Shown here: positions 1 through 8,993 of the stretch, piece after piece | Position numbering within the stretch: the stretch's first letter is position 1 | How the letters are laid out: every line of letters starts with the position of its first letter | Source of the DNA: Candidatus Saccharibacteria bacterium UBA2866 | Lineage (GTDB): Bacteria; Patescibacteriota; Saccharimonadia; Saccharimonadales; Saccharimonadaceae | DNA length: 64,000 bases | Reading direction: 5' to 3' | NCBI GenBank assembly: GCA_002350545.1 | Contig: DEEY01000002.1 | Span: forward strand, 38,166 to 102,165 | Made by a program: the position numbers and the translations under genes | Notes under the pieces: generated by a model | Database searches by the model: none | The model's input: the letters and a program-made list of their open reading frames with translations, nothing else | Told to the model about the DNA's origin: nothing

Positions 1-789
1 TCCTCTACTAATCGCCAAATTGTTCGTGTGGGATACACCTACAATTCCACTTTTGCAGAAAACACTTCCAAATCAGACACCATCGCTAATATCTTTGGCA
101 GTAATTCTAGTCCTGAAAAAAACAATGTTCGTTCTGATATTAAGAAATATATTGAAGATGACTGGTATTCAGGTGCTATAGGAGCAAGTAGTGGCCATGA
201 CTACACATCAAAACTAGAAGCTAGCGCTGGTTACTGTAATGACCGTACTATGAATACAACTAATAGCTGGACTACTCCACTTGCTGAGTCCACTACTATA
301 GCTTCTACTTATGGTACATCAGGCCAACAGGCTTACTATTTTGGCGCTTATCCTAGAAATGCAAATGCTGCTCAATCACCATCCCTTACCTGTGGCAATA
401 AATATAGTCAAATAGACCGTAGTACTGTAGACCTTTACCGTTATGTATCTAGTAGCACTACTGACTATACTTCCAATGAACTTAAATACCCAGCTGCTCT
501 ACTTACTGCCGATGAAGCTGCCTTTGCTGGCTCTGGCTATTCCTCATCTACTACTCCTTATCATGCTAATTCCTATTTGCGTTCCGGTTCTTACTTTTGG
601 TTGCTGTCCCCTTACTACCGCAACTCGAACGGTTATGCTCGCGGCTTCAACCTGAGCTCGAGCGGCAATCTCTTCAACTACAACGTCAACAGCGCGCCTG
701 GTGTGCGTCCCGCCATTTCCCTCACCTCTGGAACTATGGCTGCAAGTGGTACAGGAACAGCGACAGATCCGTGGATAGTAAACCCGTAA
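1..789 (+). CDS. 5'-truncated Ser/Thr/Tyr-rich surface protein with a C-terminal C-type-lectin-like (WLLSP...GVRPAISL) domain; probable DGR target
   Basis: Frame is open from base 1 to TAA at 787-789. The C-terminus FWLLSP...GVRPAISL...GTGTATDPW resembles DUF6273/CLec-type DGR target domains. Confidence 0.7.
   Translation, partial: SSTNRQIVRVGYTYNSTFAENTSKSDTIANIFGSNSSPEKNNVRSDIKKYIEDDWYSGAIGASSGHDYTSKLEASAGYCNDRTMNTTNSWTTPLAESTTIASTYGTSGQQAYYFGAYPRNANAAQSPSLTCGNKYSQIDRSTVDLYRYVSSSTTDYTSNELKYPAALLTADEAAFAGSGYSSSTTPYHANSYLRSGSYFWLLSPYYRNSNGYARGFNLSSSGNLFNYNVNSAPGVRPAISLTSGTMAASGTGTATDPWIVNP
598..723 (+). other. Candidate DGR variable repeat (VR)
   Basis: 25 of 42 codons end in C and none in A, with many AAC/NNC codons; it ends in GTGCGTCCCGCC. 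Only 7 of 40 codons at 301-420 of the same gene end in C. Confidence 0.6.
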
Positions 790-800
790 TTCTCACCCCC

Positions 801-829
801 TTGCATTTCCACCTCAAAAGAGGTATAAT
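801..829 (+). promoter_or_regulatory. sigma70 promoter of the rpsF-ssb-rpsR-efp operon
   Basis: TTGCAT-17 bp-TATAAT. Confidence 0.8.
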
Positions 830-834
830 AGAAC

Positions 835-914
835 CAATATCAGCTCAGCAGAGGTGTCAACCCTGGCTTTTAAGGAAGAAGAACGGAGAACAGCCCCTGC
901 TTTAACCAAAGGAG
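835..914 (+). promoter_or_regulatory. Putative bS6:bS18 ribosomal-protein leader
   Basis: 5' UTR of rpsF. GCCCCTGCTTT-AACC-AAAGGAG can fold over the SD, as in known S6:S18 leaders. Confidence 0.45.
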
Positions 915-920
915 TTTTCT

Positions 921-1271
921 ATGAAAGATTACGAACTCTCTGTCGTGTTTCATCCCGATCTCGAGATGAATCTCGACCCCGCCCTTGACAAGGTGAAAAA
1001 GGTCATCGAGTCAAATCAGGGTAAAATCATCAAAGAGGAGAACGACGGTAAAAAACGTCTCGCCTATAAGATTGACGGCCAAGAATTTGGCGTCTACTAC
1101 TATTTTGACCTCCAGCTTCCAGCCGAAGCCCCATCCAAAATCAGTAGCACCTTTAACATTACTGATGAGATTTTGCGCTATCTTCTCGTCAAAGCTGACC
1201 CTAAAAGGCAGGCAGCCAAACCAGTGGAAGAGCCAGAATCAGAATCAACCACTAATCAAAAAGGAGAATAA
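921..1271 (+). CDS. rpsF: 30S ribosomal protein bS6
   Basis: MKDYEL...GKKRLAYKI...ILRYLLVK motifs; rpsF-ssb-rpsR synteny. Confidence 0.97.
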   Translation: MKDYELSVVFHPDLEMNLDPALDKVKKVIESNQGKIIKEENDGKKRLAYKIDGQEFGVYYYFDLQLPAEAPSKISSTFNITDEILRYLLVKADPKRQAAKPVEEPESESTTNQKGE

Positions 1272-1277
1272 CTTATT

Positions 1278-1730
1278 ATGCGCGGATTTTCTAAAGCTAT
1301 TATTACCGGTAATTTAACTCGCGACCCCGAACTCCGGACCACCCCTAACGGTGCCTCCGTCTGTAGCTTCTCGGTGGCGGTCAACCGCACTTTCAAAGAT
1401 TCCACCGGTGATCAAAAAGAAGATGTTTCTTACATCGACTGTTCCGCTTGGGGCAGACTCGGCGAAATGATTAACCAATACGCTAAAAAAGGCTCTGGTG
1501 TCTTAGTCTCCGGTCGCCTTGATCAGCGCAGCTGGGAAGACAAAAACGGTGGCGGCAAACGCTCCCGTGTCGAAATCGTGGTCGAAGATTTCAACTTTAT
1601 CGGTGCACCTAAAAATGATGGTGGCTCCAGCAATTACAGTAGTGCTTCAGCCTCAGCACCAGAAGCCTCAAACGATATCCCAGACGACATCCCTGAGGAA
1701 GAAATTGATCTCAGCGAAGTCCCATTCTAA
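1278..1730 (+). CDS. ssb: Single-stranded DNA-binding protein
   Basis: GNLTRDPELRTTPNG OB-fold motif; acidic tail ending in EVPF. Confidence 0.98.
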   Translation: MRGFSKAIITGNLTRDPELRTTPNGASVCSFSVAVNRTFKDSTGDQKEDVSYIDCSAWGRLGEMINQYAKKGSGVLVSGRLDQRSWEDKNGGGKRSRVEIVVEDFNFIGAPKNDGGSSNYSSASASAPEASNDIPDDIPEEEIDLSEVPF

Positions 1731-1769
1731 AAAATCAAGTAAGTCAAAAACGAAGGAGAATATTAAACT

Positions 1770-1964
1770 ATGAAAAGGATTAAAAGCGATCCGAACCTCT
1801 ATTTCGATTATCGCGATGTCAAAACCTTGCAGCGTTACATCGATAGCTACGGTCGTATCGAACCTATCAGTAAAACTAGCCTTAATGCCAAGCAACAGCG
1901 CCAGCTCGCAGTCGCTATTAAGCGCGCCAGGCACTTAGCACTTTTGCCATTTGTGGCTAAATAA
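1770..1964 (+). CDS. rpsR: 30S ribosomal protein bS18 (short, cysteine-free form)
   Basis: [12 protein letters not shown]...[19 protein letters not shown]. Confidence 0.96.
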   Translation: MKRIKSDPNLYFDYRDVKTLQRYIDSYGRIEPISKTSLNAKQQRQLAVAIKRARHLALLPFVAK

Positions 1965-1972
1965 GGAGAATT

Positions 1973-2533
1973 ATGTACGGACCAACAGATCTTAAGAAAA
2001 ACACTCTTATAACTTTGGATGACCAACCGTATAAAGTGGTGGAATACTCCCAAAAAGTTATGGGTCGCGGCGGCTCTATCGTCAACGTCAAGGTCAAAAA
2101 CTTGATTACCGGCGCCTTGCTCCCTAAAACTTTCAAGGGTCAGGAAAAAATCGAACCAGCAGAAGTTACTACTCGCAAAGTTCAATACCTCTATAAGGAT
2201 GACGAAAAGTTCTACTTTATGGACCCAGAAACTTTTGAGCAGTATGAGTTAGCTAAAGACATGGTTGGTGACGCTGATGATTTTATGAAGGAAGGTGACG
2301 AGATGGAAATTCAGTTCTATAACGGTACTCCCATTAATCTCCAACTTCCTAAAAATCTTTGGCTCAAAGTCACCTACACTGAATCAGTGGTTAAGGGTGA
2401 TACTACCAGCTCAGTCATGAAGGATGCTACACTCGAAACCGGCCTCGTGATAAAAGTCCCAGCTTTTATCAAAGAGGGCGACATCGTTTCAGTTGACACT
2501 GAAACCTACGCTTATAGGGAACGAAAGAAATAG
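1973..2533 (+). CDS. efp: Elongation factor P
   Basis: VMGRGGSIV loop, KGDTTS and LETGLVIKVPAFIKEGD motifs. Confidence 0.96.
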   Translation: MYGPTDLKKNTLITLDDQPYKVVEYSQKVMGRGGSIVNVKVKNLITGALLPKTFKGQEKIEPAEVTTRKVQYLYKDDEKFYFMDPETFEQYELAKDMVGDADDFMKEGDEMEIQFYNGTPINLQLPKNLWLKVTYTESVVKGDTTSSVMKDATLETGLVIKVPAFIKEGDIVSVDTETYAYRERKK

Positions 2534-2536
2534 AGG

Positions 2537-2653
2537 AAAAATCAGAAATAGTGCTTTGAGGGGCTCTCAAGAGTTACGACCGAGAATGAGGGCGCTTCGC
2601 CCGTGACGACGGGCCGAAGCGACCCGTCCCCGAAAAGCACTATTTTGATTTTT
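2537..2653. repeat. Intergenic palindromic element, subfamily 1 (related to the ileS insert)
   Basis: Arms AAAAATCAGAAATAGTGCTTT / AAAAGCACTATTTTGATTTTT. The core shares ACCGAGAATGAGGGCGC and GCGACCCGTCCC exactly with 37368-37419. Confidence 0.85.
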
Positions 2654-2663
2654 AATTTAACTC

Positions 2664-2692
2664 TTGCATTTTATAGTTTTTAAGCTTATAAT
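2664..2692 (+). promoter_or_regulatory. sigma70 promoter of the pil operon
   Basis: TTGCAT-17 bp-TATAAT, 7 nt before ATG 2700. Confidence 0.75.
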
Positions 2693-2699
2693 AGATAGT

Positions 2700-3746
2700 A
2701 TGAATTTATTGCATGGCGTGGGCGATTTCTTCTCGCTTGATATCGGGACAAATTCGATGCGAATCGTACAGCTTTCTGGCGATAGCCAGCATGGTTGGAC
2801 GCTTCAGAGATTTGCTTATGTGCCAATCGACCAAAAACTAACCGCCGATTCGTCTGCCCTCGGCAAAAAACGCCTCGGTGAGGCCATCATGGGTGCCGTT
2901 GTCCAGGCTGGTATTCGCACCAAAAACGTTGCTCTTGGCCTTCCTGCTAATAAGACTTTTACATCCATCGTTGAGACCGAAACTATTCCTGACAAAGAGC
3001 TTAAAAAATCCTTCAAATATGAAATTGATAAATACGTGCCGATGGCATTAAGTGATGCCAAAGCAGATTTTATTATCCTCGGTCCCAGTCCAAACGATCC
3101 AGCTAAGACTGAAGTATTAGTTAGCTCCATTGCTAAGGACTATGCTGAATCCACCATGGAGACTATCGAAAAAACCGGTCTTAACATTGTCGCCATGGAG
3201 CCTGAACCATTAGCGATGGCGCGCGCACTTACTAACCCAGGTGCTATTGATGCTGTCATGGTAGTTGATTTTGGCGAAAACTCCACTGACCTCGTTATTA
3301 CCTTCAAGAATCAACCTCGCCTTGTCCGTTCTATTCCAGGTGGTTTTGGTGTATTAGTCAAAGCTATCGCTAGCGGCCTTAACGTCCGTGAAGATCAAGC
3401 CCGTCAATTTATTCTAAAATTTGGTCTCGATCAAAACCAAGTCGAAGGTCAAGTCTTCAAGATTCTCGATACCCACCTCGATAATTTTGCTTCCGAGCTT
3501 GCCAAATCCGTTCGTTTCTTCCAAACCAAATACATTAACGGTAAAGTCGGCGGCATTATCTTGTCTGGCTATGCTAGCGTGATCCCACTTTTTGCTAATT
3601 TCATTGAAGCTAAAACCAATATCTCCACCATGAATGGTAACCCGTGGCAATTTGTTCGTACCACTCCAGAGCAACAACAAATGTTGATGAATGTCGCCAG
3701 TGAATTCGCTGTCGCTATTGGTTTATCAGAAAGGAGCAATGACTAA
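2700..3746 (+). CDS. pilM: Type IV pilus assembly protein PilM
   Basis: Actin-like fold motifs LDIGTNSMR, VVDFGENST and ILSGY; first gene of the pil cluster. Confidence 0.93.
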   Translation: MNLLHGVGDFFSLDIGTNSMRIVQLSGDSQHGWTLQRFAYVPIDQKLTADSSALGKKRLGEAIMGAVVQAGIRTKNVALGLPANKTFTSIVETETIPDKELKKSFKYEIDKYVPMALSDAKADFIILGPSPNDPAKTEVLVSSIAKDYAESTMETIEKTGLNIVAMEPEPLAMARALTNPGAIDAVMVVDFGENSTDLVITFKNQPRLVRSIPGGFGVLVKAIASGLNVREDQARQFILKFGLDQNQVEGQVFKILDTHLDNFASELAKSVRFFQTKYINGKVGGIILSGYASVIPLFANFIEAKTNISTMNGNPWQFVRTTPEQQQMLMNVASEFAVAIGLSERSND

Positions 3747-4918
3747 TGGCTCACGAAATAAACCTTGTCCCTGATATCAAAAACGAGATGATTAAAACCG
3801 TCAAGCTTCGCAACTACATTTTCTTTGGTTGTATTGTAGTGGCTGCAGCTAGTGTGTTGCTTACCTTGATTTTTGGCCTCATTATGGGTGGCCAGCGCAT
3901 TGCTATCGAGAACAAAAAATCCACCCTCGGAGAACTTTCCGCCAAACTCAATTCCTATACCGATCTCAACGATTTTCTTACCATCAAAGATCAACTCGGT
4001 AATATCGACACTTTAACCAGTGATAAAAAGGTGCTTTCTCGGACTTTCAATATCCTTTCAGCCTTACTGCCTACTGGTGCTGATACCATCACGGTTTCTG
4101 AGTTAAACGTTAACCTCGCCGAAGAACAGCCCAGTTTCTCTTTGGAGGCTCAGGCTAATGCTGGTAAGGAACCATTCATTGACTACAACGTACTCGATTC
4201 TTTTAAAAAGAGTATGCAGTACATGCGCTATGATTACGGCTCTTATGTAGACAAAGAAGGGAATACCATACCGTCATATTGTATGATTGAGCAGGGCTCT
4301 GACGGCGCATTTCTGAGCGAGGGCGAAAAAGGCCTTTATGCCTACTGGACTATCGAAGGCGACGGCTGCAACCCCTCTGAGACACTCAAAACTAGCGACT
4401 ATGCCACCGAGAGTTATAACGATCAAACCGTCGTGCGTGTTTGGCGTACCCCACAATTTAACGATTGGTACAAAGAAAAAGAATCTAGTAACCAGCCTTA
4501 CATGAGTCTAGACGGCGAAATTAAAAATGTAGCACACTTTGAGAGTGCTTGCACCACCTACAGTGGCAGTGTCAATAACGGCTCTAGTCCTAAATGGGAC
4601 ACAACTAATGATTGTAAATTAGTCTATGGCTCCGGCGGCGAAGAAGGCACTGACGAAAGCGGCATCACTATTACTGAATCTTCTAACGGTCGTGATTCAT
4701 CAAACGAATTAGTTTTGCGCTTTTCTGCTAACATCACCTTAGCCCCGGAAGTTTTCCAGTTCACTAATACACATATGATTGCCGTTGCTCCATCTGGCCA
4801 ACGCAATGTTACTGATTCCTACGTCCAAATTCAATCTATGTTTGGGCAACGTGCCGCTGACTGTGCCGAAGGAGATACTGCTTGTAGCACCGCAAAAACG
4901 AATGAGAGGAGCAATTAA
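3746..4918 (+). CDS. PilN-like alignment protein with an extended extracellular domain
   Basis: EINLVPD motif, then a single TM and coiled coil; directly after pilM. Confidence 0.7.
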   Translation: MAHEINLVPDIKNEMIKTVKLRNYIFFGCIVVAAASVLLTLIFGLIMGGQRIAIENKKSTLGELSAKLNSYTDLNDFLTIKDQLGNIDTLTSDKKVLSRTFNILSALLPTGADTITVSELNVNLAEEQPSFSLEAQANAGKEPFIDYNVLDSFKKSMQYMRYDYGSYVDKEGNTIPSYCMIEQGSDGAFLSEGEKGLYAYWTIEGDGCNPSETLKTSDYATESYNDQTVVRVWRTPQFNDWYKEKESSNQPYMSLDGEIKNVAHFESACTTYSGSVNNGSSPKWDTTNDCKLVYGSGGEEGTDESGITITESSNGRDSSNELVLRFSANITLAPEVFQFTNTHMIAVAPSGQRNVTDSYVQIQSMFGQRAADCAEGDTACSTAKTNERSN

Positions 4919-4920
4919 TC

Positions 4921-5787
4921 ATGGCTAAAGAAATCGCAATCAGTAAACGACTCAAAATCTCTGAAGCTCAGAAATACATGTTGATATCTGTCTTGGTAGC
5001 CTCTATTTTCCTAGGCATAGCTATTTCTCTAGTTTCTTATTTCGTCCGCCAAATTTCCTTTAACACTAAAATCATCATGGCCGAAGAAGAAGCCATCGCC
5101 AATTATTCAAACGTTATCAAAAACACTGGCGCCTGTAAGGCTCCTAAAGGCAGCATTTACTCTAGCGAAGAGTTAGACAATTGCAATCCTGACAGCGTCG
5201 AAGTTTCTGAAGTCCCAAACACTTTGCGTTCTAGTATTCTCGAAGGCCTCGCCTCAAACGAAGCACTCAACTCCGTGCCAAGAGAAGAAAATTCCAGTTG
5301 TGTTAACCCAACCACTAACAAAAACTACACCTATAAAGAGCTCAGCAAAATCTATAAAGATGCCAATGGTAGTGAAGAACTTAACGCTGCTAGCCAGCTA
5401 ATTAAAAGCTGCTCTGCACTCCGGGTTATTCCAGATGCACTTCCTGCCTACAAAAACGAAGAAGCTTTGCTTGCTAGCTTAAACAAACTCTTTAATATTT
5501 CTAACTGGGAGCCAGAATCCATTAGCCCAAGCGGCAATACCGTCGAAGAAGAACTCCCTGCTGGGCTTAATGGCATCTCGGTCAACGTGTCGGTTGAAGC
5601 TAACTCCGGTACTACCATGAGCGTACTCAATAACATTGAGCGTTCCATCCGCGAATTCAATATAAAAACCGCAACTATTGAATGGAGCGGTAGCGATAAT
5701 CTCTTATTACAAGCTCAGGCCAATGCCTACTATATGGACAAATCCATCATCACCGAAACTAAGAAAACTATTAGGGAGGATAGCTAA
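4921..5787 (+). CDS. PilO-like alignment protein
   Basis: Single N-terminal TM; C-terminal LNNIERSIREFNIKTATIEW ferredoxin-like region; operon position. Confidence 0.65.
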   Translation: MAKEIAISKRLKISEAQKYMLISVLVASIFLGIAISLVSYFVRQISFNTKIIMAEEEAIANYSNVIKNTGACKAPKGSIYSSEELDNCNPDSVEVSEVPNTLRSSILEGLASNEALNSVPREENSSCVNPTTNKNYTYKELSKIYKDANGSEELNAASQLIKSCSALRVIPDALPAYKNEEALLASLNKLFNISNWEPESISPSGNTVEEELPAGLNGISVNVSVEANSGTTMSVLNNIERSIREFNIKTATIEWSGSDNLLLQAQANAYYMDKSIITETKKTIREDS

Positions 5788-6135
5788 ATGAAAAACGATC
5801 TCGCCACTGCCATTGTTGCTGCCATTGCCGGTGTAGTTATCTCATACTTTGTTTGTAATATGTTTGTCGGCACCTCTGGTGATTTCTCATTTAATTCAGT
5901 TGATGAATCAGTCAACAGTGATTTAGCTACGCCAAATCCAGAACTGTTCAATTATAAAGCCTTAAATCCTACCGTTGAAGTGTATGTAGGCGATTGTACC
6001 GAGGTTGATGTTTATGGTGAATGTGTTGACAATTCATCTGAACAGATCGAAGAAGACGTAATTGAAAACACAGATACCAACGAAGGTACCAACAACGCCG
6101 ACCAAAGGAACGACGATAATGGCAACACTGACTAG
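5788..6135 (+). CDS. Small membrane-anchored protein of the pil operon
   Basis: N-terminal hydrophobic helix and acidic tail; lies between pilO-like and pilB. Confidence 0.65.
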   Translation: MKNDLATAIVAAIAGVVISYFVCNMFVGTSGDFSFNSVDESVNSDLATPNPELFNYKALNPTVEVYVGDCTEVDVYGECVDNSSEQIEEDVIENTDTNEGTNNADQRNDDNGNTD

Positions 6136-7885
6136 GGAAGCTGAAGACCGTATTGTTAGTTTGCTTCTGGCCGAGGGGCTTGCTGATGCGAATTTAGTTA
6201 ATAGCATCAAGGTTCAAGCAGAATCTGCCGGTAAACCTGTTCTTGACGAGCTAATTAATGGTAAACTCATCAATGAAGATATGGTTGCTCGCGCTACAGC
6301 TGCTATCATTGGTGTACCTTATGTAGAGCTCAAAAACATCACCATCGATCAGGATACTCTCAGTAAAATTCCTGGCGACGCCTCCTCGCGTGTTCTTGCT
6401 GTTGCTCTTGGCGAAAAAGACGGTATGTTAAACGTTGCTATGGTTGATGTTACCAACGTCCAAGCTACCGATTACTTATCAAATCTCATTAATCAACCAA
6501 TTAGAGTTTGGATGTCTTCCGAACGAGGTATTCGTGAAGTCCTCGAGCAGTATCATGGTGATTTTTCTAGCGTCAAAGAGGCCGTTGACGAAACTAATGA
6601 AGAAATCGCTGAGGAAAATGCCAGCTCCAACGTTAAAACTATTGTTCAAGATTCGCCAATTAGTAAAGCTCTTACCACTATTCTTAGCTATGCTGCTAAA
6701 ACCAAAGCATCCGATATCCACATTGAGCCTCTCGAAAATTCGCTTATTATTCGGTGTCGTATCGATGGCGTTCTTCGCAAAATCATGGAACTTCCAAAAA
6801 CTGTTGCTCCAGCCTTAGTCTCACGTATTAAAATTCTGTCTAACCTCAAAATTGACGAACACCGCATCCCTCAGGACGGCCAGTTCACAGTTTTAGTTGA
6901 TGATCAAGAGATTGATCTTCGTATCGCCATCTCACCAGTTACTTGGGGTGAGCAAGTTGTAATTCGTTTGCTTGATAAAACCGGTGTTTCGATGGAAATC
7001 GAAAAAATGGGTATGAGTGGCCGTGCTTTACGGGATGTTCTAAATGGTATTAAGCAACCAAATGGTATGATTCTTACCTCTGGTCCTACTGGTTCTGGTA
7101 AGTCTACCACTCTTTATGCCTTGATTCAGCAAATTAAATCCGAACAAATTAACATTGTAACTCTAGAAGACCCAGTTGAGTATAAAATGGACGGCATCAA
7201 CCAAATTCAAGTTAATGTCGATGCCGGGCTAACTTTTGCTTCCGGTCTCCGCTCTATCCTACGTCAGGATCCTGATGTAGTGATGGTCGGTGAGATTCGT
7301 GACTCCGAAACTGCAGGCCTCGCTGTTCAAGCCGCCCTTACCGGTCACCTTGTCTTTAGCACTCTCCACACCAATTCAGCTGCTGGTATTTTACCTCGTC
7401 TTCTTGATATGGGTATCGAACCATTTCTTCTTGCCTCTACGTTAAATGTTGTGATTGGCCAGCGCCTCGTTCGTCGTATTACCGAAAAGCGTGAAATGTA
7501 TAAATCTTCCGAAATTGAAACCAAGGGTATTAATGACATCGTTGGGAATCTCTTGCCGCAAGACAAAGAATCGGTAGCTCAAGTTAGCGAAGATCTTGGT
7601 TATCCAGGCCTGCCAGTCAAAAACGACGACCACTACATGCTTGCACGTGGCATCGATTCCAAAGAGACACCTGGTGGTTACAAGGGGCGTGCCGGGCTTT
7701 ATGAAACTATTACCGTAGACGAAGATATTCAGAAAACAATCATTAATCATTCTACCGCCAATGAAATCATGCGTCTAGCCAAAGAAAAGGGAACTATCAC
7801 CATGCGCCAAGACGGTATGCTAAAAGCTCTCTCGGGCATAACATCAATAGAGGAGGTTAACCGCGTAGCTAGTGACTTATCATAA
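6119..7885 (+). CDS. pilB: Type IV pilus extension ATPase PilB (GspE/PulE family)
   Basis: ASDIHIEP, GPTGSGKST Walker A, LRQDPDVVMVGEIRD; start moved to ATG 6119. Confidence 0.95.
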   Translation: MATLTREAEDRIVSLLLAEGLADANLVNSIKVQAESAGKPVLDELINGKLINEDMVARATAAIIGVPYVELKNITIDQDTLSKIPGDASSRVLAVALGEKDGMLNVAMVDVTNVQATDYLSNLINQPIRVWMSSERGIREVLEQYHGDFSSVKEAVDETNEEIAEENASSNVKTIVQDSPISKALTTILSYAAKTKASDIHIEPLENSLIIRCRIDGVLRKIMELPKTVAPALVSRIKILSNLKIDEHRIPQDGQFTVLVDDQEIDLRIAISPVTWGEQVVIRLLDKTGVSMEIEKMGMSGRALRDVLNGIKQPNGMILTSGPTGSGKSTTLYALIQQIKSEQINIVTLEDPVEYKMDGINQIQVNVDAGLTFASGLRSILRQDPDVVMVGEIRDSETAGLAVQAALTGHLVFSTLHTNSAAGILPRLLDMGIEPFLLASTLNVVIGQRLVRRITEKREMYKSSEIETKGINDIVGNLLPQDKESVAQVSEDLGYPGLPVKNDDHYMLARGIDSKETPGGYKGRAGLYETITVDEDIQKTIINHSTANEIMRLAKEKGTITMRQDGMLKALSGITSIEEVNRVASDLS

Positions 7886-7906
7886 CGCTTGTGGTAAAAT
7901 AGTATT

Positions 7907-8992
7907 ATGGAAAACAGTGGGCAATTACAAAACAATCTCAAAATCGAATCTTTGCTTGAAGAATGTATTCGCCGGAAGGCTTCAGATTTGCATCTTCAAT
8001 ATGGCCTACCGCCAATTTTGAGAATTGACGGTGCCCTTACTCCTATCGCTGGCAACAATGCCTTAAATGAAGAAACCGTTAAAAGTCTAATTTTTGCAAC
8101 TTTAGATGAAGAACAGCAAAAAATCCTCATGCAGGATAAAGAATTTGATTATTCCTTCGCCTTTGGTGATATTGCCCGTTTTCGTGTTAATGCTTTTCAC
8201 GAACGTGGTAAACTCGCCGCTGCCTTCCGCTTAATCCCTAATCAGATTAAAAGCATCAACGATCTTGGCATGCCTGCCATCGTAGAGACTTTCGCCGAAT
8301 TTCCACGCGGCTTAGTTTTGGTCACCGGCCCTACTGGTTCTGGTAAATCTACCACCCTAGCTGCTCTAATTGATAAGATTAATCGTGAAAAATCTACTCA
8401 CATTATCACGATCGAAGACCCAATCGAATTTACCCATAAATCGCAAAGGTCAGTCATCGCTCAACGTGAAGTTCACTATGATACTTTCAGTTTTGCCGCT
8501 GCACTCCGTTCAGCTCTTCGTGAAGACCCTGACGTAGTATTAATCGGTGAGATGCGCGACCTCGAAACTATTCAAGCCGCTATCACCATTGCTGAAACTG
8601 GACACCTAGTGTTCGCAACTTTGCACACTAATTCTGCCGCTCAGTCAATTGATCGTATGGTAGACGTTTTCCCGGCTCATCAGCAACCTCAAGTTCGCAC
8701 ACAATTATCTAACATATTGATGGCTATTTGTGCTCAGCGTCTCGTCCCGGCTATTGGAGGTGGTCGCGTAGTTGCTGCTGAAATTATGATCGCAAACTCA
8801 GCTATACGTGCTCTTATTCGTGATGGTAAAACACACCAGTTAGATACCGCTATCCAAACTGGCGCAGATCAAGGCATGCAGACTATGGATAGAACATTAG
8901 CCAAACTTGTCCAAACCGGTGTAATTACCTATGATTCCGCCCGCGAATTTGCCGTTGACATCAACGAGCTTAATCGATTAGTAAAGGGCTAG
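7907..8992 (+). CDS. pilT: Type IV pilus retraction ATPase PilT
   Basis: GPTGSGKSTTLAA, ALREDPDVVLIGEMRD, AIRALIRDGK, GMQTMD. Confidence 0.96.
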   Translation: MENSGQLQNNLKIESLLEECIRRKASDLHLQYGLPPILRIDGALTPIAGNNALNEETVKSLIFATLDEEQQKILMQDKEFDYSFAFGDIARFRVNAFHERGKLAAAFRLIPNQIKSINDLGMPAIVETFAEFPRGLVLVTGPTGSGKSTTLAALIDKINREKSTHIITIEDPIEFTHKSQRSVIAQREVHYDTFSFAAALRSALREDPDVVLIGEMRDLETIQAAITIAETGHLVFATLHTNSAAQSIDRMVDVFPAHQQPQVRTQLSNILMAICAQRLVPAIGGGRVVAAEIMIANSAIRALIRDGKTHQLDTAIQTGADQGMQTMDRTLAKLVQTGVITYDSAREFAVDINELNRLVKG

Positions 8993-8993
8993 C

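Noticed and set aside
811-824. ACCTC-AAAA-GAGGT hairpin as the DGR recognition hairpin
   Set aside because: It lies about 90 nt from the putative IMH and inside the rpsF promoter spacer.
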